Position numbers and translations under genes: made by a program
Shown here: one piece after another, positions 26,061 to 33,262 of the stretch
Numbering within the stretch: position 1 is the first letter of the stretch
How the letters are laid out: each line of letters begins with the position of its first letter
Notes under the pieces: generated by a model
The model's input: the letters and a program-made list of their open reading frames with translations, nothing else
What the model was told of the DNA's origin: nothing
Databases searched by the model: none
Assembly: GCA_005791875.1 (NCBI GenBank)
Contig: SXTU01000205.1
Location: 1-58,717 of the forward strand
Source: Verrucomicrobiales bacterium
GTDB taxonomy: Bacteria > Verrucomicrobiota > Verrucomicrobiia > Limisphaerales > SXTU01
Length of the DNA: 58,717 nt
Direction: 5' to 3'

Positions 26061-26226
26061 CCCCAACACCCAACTCCGGCATTTCCTTCTCATTATCAGT
26101 CACTTACGCCGAATTTGGCGGTTTTTGCCGGTTTGGGAGTCGCGCAGTGGAAAATAACGCTTGCGGAGAGGGGGGGTGACATGGCGCAAAGGGCGCAATT
26201 CAACCCAAGAGAAATCGGAGAGCACT

Positions 26227-26839
26227 ATGGCCGACTTCATTCCGCCCGCCGATGACGCGAAAATCATCTGGCTCACCAACCTCCGCGACACCATTGACAC
26301 CTACTCGGCCACGCTGGGCATCACCGCTCCGCGCGTGACGCAAATCAAGGCGTGGTGCAACGACCTCATTGATGACATCAACGCCACCAATACCAGCCAA
26401 GCTGGCGTGGCTCGCCGCTGCCGCCACCAAGGCCACGCAGGAGACCGCCAGCCTGGGCGGACTGCGCGGCGAGATAAACCAGTGGAAGGCCAACCCCGCC
26501 TGCACCGACGCCATTGAGGCCGCGATGAAGATTGTGGGCAGCGGCAGCAGCTTTGACCCCAACACCTACAAGACCAAAATCAGCGCGCAGGTCGTGGGCG
26601 ACCATGTGGTGCTCAAGTTCAGCAAAGGCGAGACCGACGGCGTGAACTTCTATTGGCGCAAGAAGGGCGAGACCGTGTGGAAGTTCCTCTCCCGCGACAC
26701 CAACTCCCCCTACAACGACCACACTCCGCTGACGACTCCCGGCGTGCCCGAGGTGCGCGAATACCAAGCCTACGGCGTCCTAGACGACGCTCAAATCGGC
26801 CAGCCGAGCGACATCGTGAGCGTGACGTTTGCGGGATAA
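26227..26839 (+). pseudogene. Hypothetical protein with a C-terminal Fn3/Ig-like domain, split by a frameshift
   Basis: MADFIPPADDAKIIWLTNLRDTI...DDINATNT (frame of 26227) continues as AKLAWLAAAATKATQE...VVLKFSKGETDGVNFYWRKKGETVWKFL...EYQAYGV (frame of 26369). The switch needs one nucleotide skipped near 26390-26400. Confidence 0.5.
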
Positions 26840-26900
26840 ACCAAGAATCATTAATTTCGTCCCGATGTTCGGGGTGAAAAATAAAACAGGAGACACCACA

Positions 26901-27092
26901 ATGAAAGTCATGCAATCGCCGTTAGCACTGAGCGAAAACCCATCAACAACGGAATTCCACCTTCCAGCCTATGACTGGAACAAGCAGACACGGCACGACA
27001 TCATCGCGGCTGGGAAATATACGTGTAATTCACAGCAGACGTTTGACACTAGGGGACAACCCAAGGACTCACAGAACGACCATAATGATTGA
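26901..27092 (+). CDS. Candidate graspetide (omega-ester/omega-amide RiPP) precursor peptide
   Basis: A 63-codon ORF with GGAG 8 nt upstream of the ATG. The product is MKVMQSPLALSENPSTTEFHLPAYDWNKQTRHDIIAAGKYTCNSQQTFDTRGQPKDSQNDHND. The C-terminal third is rich in Thr/Ser, Asp and Lys. It lies directly upstream of an MvdC/MvdD-like ATP-grasp gene. Confidence 0.55.
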   Translation: MKVMQSPLALSENPSTTEFHLPAYDWNKQTRHDIIAAGKYTCNSQQTFDTRGQPKDSQNDHND

Positions 27093-27098
27093 TGACAC

Positions 27099-27129
27099 GT
27101 TGGTGCGGCGGCAGTCCCGCCGCACCAAC
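27099..27129 (+). promoter_or_regulatory. Perfect 13-bp stem / 5-nt loop hairpin between the precursor and ATP-grasp genes (possible attenuator or processing site)
   Basis: The sequence is gttggtgcggcgg cagtc ccgccgcaccaac. The GGAG ribosome-binding site of the ATP-grasp gene follows immediately. There is no U-tract. Confidence 0.6.
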
Positions 27130-27140
27130 GGAGTTTGATC

Positions 27141-28061
27141 ATGCTGCTCATTCTCACGAACAGTGTTGATGGAACTACTGATGAGATAGTTCGGCGCGTT
27201 GGGGCAAATCGGACTTTTCGTTTCAACATTGACCTGTGGAAGGATTATGAGATCCGCTTTCACACTGGCGGGTTTCGGCTAGCTGACCCGACCGGACGTG
27301 AGTGTCGGAGCGAGAAGCTTCAGGCGGCGTATGTCAGGAAGCCGACATTCGATGACCCGCTGGCAATTCCGGAAGGTGGTTGTCCCGAAGATTGGGTCCG
27401 GTCACAGATTTCCTGCGTTCTGCAAGAACTCTACAACCACTGCCGCGATGCTGGGTTAGTGCGACTGGTCGAGAAGGGGGCTCAACAAAGATTCGGGAAG
27501 TTTGGCCAAATGCGGCTCGCACAGAAGTTTTTTGAGGTTCCCCATTGGGAGTTCATTAAGACGTCAGGCCAAATCAGGTTTCCAGAGCCATGTATCACGA
27601 AGCCGTTGACGGCGGATTTTGTTGGGAACTACAAAGTTCTCTTCACACGGGCGGTTGTCCCAGATGATTTAGCCCCCACTTTTTCTTGGCTTCTCCAGCA
27701 GAAGATTGACGCCGAGGCGGATGTCACGGTTGTTTTCGTGGCAGGAAGATGTTTTGCCTTCGCCTTAGACCGAACGACGTTTGAGGGTGTGGATTGGCGG
27801 AAGCACATCAACAGGACAGAACTGAACTGGAGGCGCATCGGCCTTTCTCCCACGATGGAGGAATCCATTCGTTGCTACATGAGCGAGGCCGAGTTGCAAT
27901 TCGGAAGGTTCGATTTTCTCCGGGCCGGGGAGAAGTTCTATTTTCTGGAGGTTAATCCGAACGGTCAATGGGCGTGGCTTGACCTCGAAGGCACCGAAGG
28001 CATCTTTGACGCGGTCGTCGAGGAATTGACGAAGAACTGGAGCGAAGCCCAACTTTCATAA
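27141..28061 (+). CDS. ATP-grasp ligase of the RiPP-maturase (MvdC/MvdD, MdnB/MdnC-like) type
   Basis: The N-terminus MLLILTNSVDGTTDEIVRRVGANRTFRFNIDLW matches the maturase N-terminal domain pattern (LI.T...D.T.D.V...L......R.N.D). The C-terminus FGRFDFLRAGEKFYFLEVNPNGQWAWLD matches the ATP-grasp Mg/ATP site of this subfamily. G+C is lower than in the flanks. Confidence 0.8.
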   Translation: MLLILTNSVDGTTDEIVRRVGANRTFRFNIDLWKDYEIRFHTGGFRLADPTGRECRSEKLQAAYVRKPTFDDPLAIPEGGCPEDWVRSQISCVLQELYNHCRDAGLVRLVEKGAQQRFGKFGQMRLAQKFFEVPHWEFIKTSGQIRFPEPCITKPLTADFVGNYKVLFTRAVVPDDLAPTFSWLLQQKIDAEADVTVVFVAGRCFAFALDRTTFEGVDWRKHINRTELNWRRIGLSPTMEESIRCYMSEAELQFGRFDFLRAGEKFYFLEVNPNGQWAWLDLEGTEGIFDAVVEELTKNWSEAQLS

Positions 28062-28088
28062 CACCTAGCTCGATTCATAGCGAGCAGG

Positions 28089-28242
28089 CCACCTTCACCG
28101 CCGGATGCGCCACCTTCGGCTCCGCGTTAATCATTTCCCAGAGCACAGCGAGATAGCTGCGGCGGATGGGTTGGAGGTAGCCGGGTTCGTTCTCCTGCAG
28201 AACTCGCGAGAGCTTGCGGAGTTTGTAGAAGGGCACGCCGAA
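28089..28242 (-). pseudogene. Orphan duplicate of the last ~50 codons of the fatty-acid desaturase gene
   Basis: This 154-bp stretch is about 90% identical by eye to 28785-28937. On the minus strand it would encode ...FGVPFYKLRKLSRVLQENEPGYLQPIRRSYLAVLWEMINAEPKVAH, compared with the intact gene's ...FGVPFYNLRKLSRVLQENEPGYLQPIRRSYLAVLWEMINAEPKVAH. Confidence 0.8.
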
Positions 28243-28279
28243 TTTTCAGAGCGACCTTCCGTCAGGCCTTCCCGCAGCG

Positions 28280-28308
28280 TTGACGTTGCCCGTTGCGCCG
28301 CCTAGTTT
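28280..28308 (+). promoter_or_regulatory. Putative sigma70-type promoter for hicBA (would give a near-leaderless transcript)
   Basis: TTGACG (28280-28285), a 17-nt spacer, then TAGTTT (28303-28308). The hicB ATG is at 28315. Confidence 0.35.
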
Positions 28309-28314
28309 GCCGCC

Positions 28315-28527
28315 ATGCAAGCACTCCAGTTTCAGGTGGAGCAGGACGGGGACTGGTTCGTGGCCACCTGCCACGACCCGGAGATGGCCACGCAGGCCGA
28401 GTCGCTCGACGCCCTGCCCGCGATGGTGCGTGACTTGGTGCGCTGCCGCTTCGAGGAGGGCGCACCGCAATTGCGCTGGCCCATCCGGATGCACTTCGCG
28501 GAAGACCCTGTGCTGGCTGCGGCATGA
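28315..28527 (+). CDS. hicB: HicB-family antitoxin (short UPF0150/DUF1902-like form)
   Basis: The 70-aa product starts MQALQFQVEQDGDWFVATCHDPEMATQAESLDAL, typical of the HicB N-terminal fold. Its stop overlaps the hicA ATG (ATGA). Confidence 0.75.
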   Translation: MQALQFQVEQDGDWFVATCHDPEMATQAESLDALPAMVRDLVRCRFEEGAPQLRWPIRMHFAEDPVLAAA

Positions 28528-28739
28528 AGCTGCCGCGTGACCTCTCCGGCGATGAAGTTTGCCGAGCATTGAAACGGCTCGGCTTTGTGTTTCAGCGGCA
28601 GACGGGTTCCCACTGTCACTACGCGAAGGGCGGGCTGCATCCCTGCGTGCCGATGCACCGGGAGATTCGCCCCAAGACGCTGCAGTCCATCCTCAAGCAG
28701 GCGGACATCACGTTGGAGGAGCTGTTGGAAAACCTTTGA
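28524..28739 (+). CDS. hicA: HicA-family mRNA interferase toxin
   Basis: GDEVCRALKRLGFVFQRQTGSHCHY...VPMHREIRPKTLQSILKQA matches the HicA/YcfA signature (GF...R..GSH...P.H..l..gTl..Il.q). Confidence 0.85.
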   Translation: MKLPRDLSGDEVCRALKRLGFVFQRQTGSHCHYAKGGLHPCVPMHREIRPKTLQSILKQADITLEELLENL

Positions 28740-28778
28740 GCCGCGCGCGGCAGCTTCTCTGCTTGGGTGGTTCTCAGG

Positions 28779-29741
28779 TCACGCCGCCTTCACCGCCCCA
28801 TGCGCCACCTTCGGCTCTGCGTTAATCATTTCCCACAGCACTGCGAGGTAGCTGCGGCGGATGGGTTGGAGGTAGCCGGGTTCGTTCTCTTGCAGAACCC
28901 GCGAGAGCTTGCGCAGGTTGTAGAAGGGCACGCCGAACTGCGTGTGGTGCGCGAGGTGGGTGTCGAAGCCGAAGGGCGCGATGAGGTAGGCCTCCAGAAA
29001 GGTCGCCTCGATGTCCACGGTGGCCTGCTCCAAGTCGTCGAGCGGCGCCGGATCGGTCGTGTGCAGAAACCAGTAGCCGTGCTCGACGAAGATGCGGACC
29101 TCGTCGAGGAGTTGCGCGACGAGCACGAGCGGCGCGAGCCAGTGCGTGAAGTAGGCCCACCAAGTGAGTTGCGTGGCGAACAGCGCGAAGAGCGCCGCCT
29201 GCCCGACGAGGATGAGCGCGAGCTGCAACCAGTCGCGTTCGGTCTCGATGGTCTTGCTGCCGAACTGCGCGCGGGTGGTGAACTTGCGGACAAGCTTGCG
29301 GAAGAGCGAGACGACCACGCCGGTGAGCAGCGCCCACGCCCGCGGCAGGCCGGGTTTCACGCGCAGCGGCGGGCTGTAGAGCGGGGCGTCCACGTCCTCG
29401 CCAATCTTCTGCGGCGACTTGTGGTGCTGGAGGTGGGACTTCCGGTAGAGGAGGAAGTTCATGCCCAGCAAGCCGCTGAGGCCCTTGCCCATCGCCTCGT
29501 TCAAGGCCACGGGGAAAAAGAGGTTCTTGTGCGTCGCCTCGTGGATGGCCATGACGAGGCGATACTGCATGAAGCCGATGACAACGAAGGCCGCAGTCCA
29601 CACCGGCCACAGTGGCCAGAGCTTCATCGCCACCAGCGCAAGCGCGAGAATGCCGACGGTGGAGCCGACGTGGAGTGCGACGGGAAGATTGCGCTTGTCC
29701 TCGCGCAAGGCCTGAACTTTCTGAAGCGTATCTTTCGTCAT
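28779..29741 (-). CDS. Membrane fatty-acid desaturase
   Basis: Three histidine boxes are present: HEATH, HLQHH and HLAHH. There are several TM helices. The start is taken at MTKDTLQK. Confidence 0.85.
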   Translation of the reverse strand: MTKDTLQKVQALREDKRNLPVALHVGSTVGILALALVAMKLWPLWPVWTAAFVVIGFMQYRLVMAIHEATHKNLFFPVALNEAMGKGLSGLLGMNFLLYRKSHLQHHKSPQKIGEDVDAPLYSPPLRVKPGLPRAWALLTGVVVSLFRKLVRKFTTRAQFGSKTIETERDWLQLALILVGQAALFALFATQLTWWAYFTHWLAPLVLVAQLLDEVRIFVEHGYWFLHTTDPAPLDDLEQATVDIEATFLEAYLIAPFGFDTHLAHHTQFGVPFYNLRKLSRVLQENEPGYLQPIRRSYLAVLWEMINAEPKVAHGAVKAA

Positions 29742-29911
29742 GCGAGCATCTGAAGCCGCAGCCGAAACATACGAATCAGCCCCGGGTTGGCGAGGCTTTT
29801 GTTGGCGGAGGGGGGGGCGCGGATTGGCTCCCGCGCGGGGTCGCACGGGCTGTAGCGGCGGGTCTATGACCGCCGGTTCGGCGCTCGCAGAGCGCCGCGA
29901 CAGGGCACGGC

Positions 29912-30301
29912 TCAGTTCCGTGCCAGCGACTTGCGCGCGGTGGCGGAGCTGGCGGACTTGCGCGCGGCGGGCTTCGCCACGGAGGCGGGCTTCACTGCGA
30001 CGTTGCGGGACGTGGCAGCGAGCTTGGTGGTCTTCGTCGCGGCGGCCTTCGGGGTGGCCGGAGTGATGGCGCGAGCGCGCGACAGCTTCGGAGCGGCGGC
30101 GGTCTGTGGGGGCCAGGTGCGGGAGGATTGGCTGGAGGCGCGTTCAGCGAGTTGCTGGCGCGTCTGGCGGAGCTGGGCCTCGGCCTGAAGCCAGTAGGTT
30201 TGCTCGCGGCCCGGCTGGCGTCCGTCCTTCTCCCAAATCAGGAAGGCGTGCAGGGCGATTTCGTCGTGGGTCACTGTGGTGGCGGTGTTCAACTGGTTCA
30301 T
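29912..30301 (-). CDS. DUF2934 domain protein with a Lys/Ala-rich (histone H1-like) tail
   Basis: IALHAFLIWEKDGRQPGREQTYWLQAEAQL is the DUF2934 motif. The C-terminus is AKP/KAA-rich. Confidence 0.7.
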   Translation of the reverse strand: MNQLNTATTVTHDEIALHAFLIWEKDGRQPGREQTYWLQAEAQLRQTRQQLAERASSQSSRTWPPQTAAAPKLSRARAITPATPKAAATKTTKLAATSRNVAVKPASVAKPAARKSASSATARKSLARN

Positions 30302-30506
30302 GTCAGTGTGCTCGTTTGCTGGTTCAAGACGCCATTGCTGGCGGTTCAAAGGCGGATGAACCCTCGTTGCCCGGCCGATGCCAATCCGGCCAAAGCACGC
30401 ATCAGTGCCAGTCGGGTGCGGGGAAATCTATCCGGGCGAGAGCGCCCGAAGGCGCAGCGCGGGTGTTAGGTAGGAGAAAGCGCTGGCGGTGTCAAGCGCG
30501 GCGCGG

Positions 30507-31982
30507 TCACTGGGCCGGCGGACGGGGCGCGCGAGACTCCTCTTTGCCGAAGACGCGGAAGAACCAGATGGCCTCGTAGCGCGGGAGCCGGTCCTTCGCG
30601 TCGCCCTTCATCCCGCCGCGCAGCACAATGCGAACGGTGTCCAGCAGGATGAACAGGTCGAGGAACAAGCTCATGTGCTTCATGTAGTAGAGGTCGTATT
30701 CGAGCTTCCACTTCGCATCCTCCACCGACGAGCCGTAGGGGTAATTCACCTGCGCCCAGCCGGTGATGCCGGGCTGCACCATGAGCCGCTCCTGAAAATA
30801 GGGGATTTGCTGCGCCAGCTCCTCGATGAACACGGGCCGCTCCGGGCGCGGGCCGACGAAGGACATGTCGCCCTTGAGCACGTTGAGGAGCTGCGGGATT
30901 TCATCAATGCGATACTTGCGCAGGAAATTGCCCACTGGCGTGGAGCGTGGATCCTTGCCGGCGGTGGACCAGACGGCGCCGTGCTTCTCGGCGTCCGTGC
31001 GCATGGAGCGGAGCTTGATGACGTTGAAGGGCCGGCCTAAACGGCCAGCGCGGACCTGCTTGTAAAAAGCCGGGCCAGCTGAAGTCAGCATCGTGGCGAG
31101 AATGCCCAGCAGCATTACGGGGCCGAGGAACACGAGGCCGAGCAGCGACACCACAATGTCGAACGCCCGCTTGACCTTCTTGATGTAGAGCATGTGCGGC
31201 TGCGCGCTGGCGGCGAGGAGCCACTCGGGCGTGATGAGCTCCAGCGGCACGAGCTGATGGACTTCCTCGAAGAGACTGACCAGCGGCATGACCTGCACGC
31301 CGGAGTAGCGCAGCTCGCAGAAGGCCTTGCACATCGAAGGGTCGCTGATGCTCTTGCTGGTGCAGAGCACGCGGTGGATGTTCTCGCGCCTCACGATGTC
31401 CTGCAAATCGCTGACCTTGCCCAGCACGCGCATCTCGCCGATGGGCTGGTAGTTGTCGTAGTGGATGAGGCCGGCCAGCTTTATGTTCTCCGTTCCGAGC
31501 GACTGGAAGAAGCGCGCCTCCAGCTCGTCGAACGTGCAAGTCATGATGAAGGCCACGCGTTCGCGGTAGTTGCGCAACGAGCGCAGCAGTAAGCCGTGGT
31601 GAATGAGGACGGTGCAGTAGGCGATCGCCACGCTGTAGAGAAAGACTTCGCGACCAATGGCCGTGGACTTCTTGATGTAGAAGAGCGGAAACATCAGCAG
31701 CACCGTGCCCACGAGGCAGATGGCCAGCACAATCGCCCGATTGGTCAGGCACTGCTTGTAACTCTGCGGCGAGTAGAGGCCGAAGATATAGACCAGGCAG
31801 GGGAACATCGCCGAGCCTAGCAGGATGCCCGGCAGGTAGGACGTGAGCCGCAAATGCACCTCGTCATCAGAGATCACGAAGTCCGTGCCGATGACGAACG
31901 CCACCGCGAAGATCACCGCATCCGCCACGAAGTGGATGGCCACGTGCAGCCAGTGCTGCTTGAGGATGCCGTTCGGATTCAT
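30507..31982 (-). CDS. Polyprenyl-phosphate hexose-1-phosphate transferase (bacterial sugar transferase, WbaP/EpsB-like)
   Basis: KRAFDIVVSLLGL...LRSM...DPR.TPVG.FLRKYRIDEIPQL.NVLKGDMS.VGPRPERP...GITGWAQV is the canonical C-terminal catalytic domain. It is preceded by TM helices. Confidence 0.85.
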   Translation of the reverse strand: MNPNGILKQHWLHVAIHFVADAVIFAVAFVIGTDFVISDDEVHLRLTSYLPGILLGSAMFPCLVYIFGLYSPQSYKQCLTNRAIVLAICLVGTVLLMFPLFYIKKSTAIGREVFLYSVAIAYCTVLIHHGLLLRSLRNYRERVAFIMTCTFDELEARFFQSLGTENIKLAGLIHYDNYQPIGEMRVLGKVSDLQDIVRRENIHRVLCTSKSISDPSMCKAFCELRYSGVQVMPLVSLFEEVHQLVPLELITPEWLLAASAQPHMLYIKKVKRAFDIVVSLLGLVFLGPVMLLGILATMLTSAGPAFYKQVRAGRLGRPFNVIKLRSMRTDAEKHGAVWSTAGKDPRSTPVGNFLRKYRIDEIPQLLNVLKGDMSFVGPRPERPVFIEELAQQIPYFQERLMVQPGITGWAQVNYPYGSSVEDAKWKLEYDLYYMKHMSLFLDLFILLDTVRIVLRGGMKGDAKDRLPRYEAIWFFRVFGKEESRAPRPPAQ

Positions 31983-32084
31983 GCGTATCTGGAACTCACG
32001 AGCGCAAGTTAGACGCCATCCGCAAACGCGCCAAGCCTGACTTTTCCCGACTCTGCCATCGGGGGAAACCCTGCAAGCCCGAGT

Positions 32085-33185
32085 TCACGGCACAATCACG
32101 CTCTTGGCAGACTGCCACTTTGCCGTCGTGCGCAGCGCCTCGTCCGCCTGCTCGATTGTGAAGCGGTGCGTGACCATCTCGTGGAATGGGAACTCCCGCT
32201 GGCGCCGCCGGAGGAACTCAATTCCCGCCTGTAAATGCCGTGGTTCGCTGGACCACGAGCCAAACACCGAGAGCTGCTTGCGAGTGATGACGTGCGGGTT
32301 GAACGCCACCGTCCCCGCGTCGCAATAGTGGCCGAGCACAAGATACTTCCCGCCATCGCGGCACAGTTCCATGCCCTCGACGACCGCGCTCGGATGGCCG
32401 ACGCATTCCAGCACCACGTCCGCGCCGTAGCCGCCGGTCAACTCGCGCACGCGCGTGAGTCGCGCGGCGGGCGTGGGGACTTTCTCCAAATCAATCACCT
32501 CATCCGCGCCGAAGCGTTTCGCCATTTCCAGCCGGTGTTTCGGCGTGCCGATTACGATGACTTTGCCCCCACCCGCGCTCTTCGCCACCGCCAGTGCGGC
32601 GATGCCCACCGGCCCCGCGCCCTGCACCACGATGTTGTCCTGCCACGCGATTCCCGTGCGCTCGACGCCGTGAATCGCCGTGATGAGGGCGCAGCCCGCG
32701 CCGATGACCGACTCGGTGGGCAGGTCGTCGGGGAGCCTGAAAATCGTCGTGCGCGGGCGGAGGTAGTGGAGCTCCGCGTAGCCGCCGAGGAAGTGCGGCG
32801 CGCAATCGCACGGGTAACCGATGCCGTAAGCCCGACGCTGCGCGCAACGAGTCGGCTGTTTCTTCACCGCGCAGTAGTAGCACTGGCCGCAGGACACGGC
32901 GGAGTTCCACGTCACGCGGTCGCCGACCTTCAGCGGCTGGCCGGACCAATCTTTTTCAACCCCTTCGCCCAGCTCCGCGATGCGCCCCACCGTCTCGTGC
33001 CCGAGGATGACCGGCAGCTTGATGGGCAACTGCCCCTGCCACAGATGCACGTCCGTGCCGCAGATGCCGGCCATTTCCGTGCGCACGAGCACCGCGCCCG
33101 CCTCGACGGGCGACGGCACTTCGTAAGTGTGCAGCCGCAGCGGCGCGTTGAACGCTTCGAGGACGGAGGCTTTGGCAGTGCGCAT
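32085..33185 (-). CDS. Zinc-dependent medium-chain alcohol/polyol dehydrogenase
   Basis: GICGTDVH, ILGHETVG and CGQCYYCAVKKQPTRC mark the catalytic and structural Zn sites. VVQGAGPVG is the NAD-binding motif. Confidence 0.85.
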   Translation of the reverse strand: MRTAKASVLEAFNAPLRLHTYEVPSPVEAGAVLVRTEMAGICGTDVHLWQGQLPIKLPVILGHETVGRIAELGEGVEKDWSGQPLKVGDRVTWNSAVSCGQCYYCAVKKQPTRCAQRRAYGIGYPCDCAPHFLGGYAELHYLRPRTTIFRLPDDLPTESVIGAGCALITAIHGVERTGIAWQDNIVVQGAGPVGIAALAVAKSAGGGKVIVIGTPKHRLEMAKRFGADEVIDLEKVPTPAARLTRVRELTGGYGADVVLECVGHPSAVVEGMELCRDGGKYLVLGHYCDAGTVAFNPHVITRKQLSVFGSWSSEPRHLQAGIEFLRRRQREFPFHEMVTHRFTIEQADEALRTTAKWQSAKSVIVP

Positions 33186-33262
33186 GATGAAGCCAGTTTG
33201 GCGAACGCAGCGCGGTGGCTCAACGCGGAAGTTGCGGAGCGCCGATCTCCGACCGGCGCGAT

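Noticed and set aside
25624-26157. Three overlapping ORFs (177, 125 and 107 aa) across the GAATCCCGGGATTC repeat array
   Set aside because: All reading frames on both strands are open and encode repetitive NPG/RFPGFF-type pseudo-peptides created by the DNA repeat itself. There is no start context or coding bias. I treat the region as non-coding repeat DNA.
25454-28937. Calling the accessory block a defined mobile element (genomic island, prophage or ICE)
   Set aside because: No integrase, transposase, relaxase, phage structural gene or tRNA target was found. Apart from the desaturase-end duplication, there are no clear terminal repeats delimiting the whole block. It is reported as a mosaic only.
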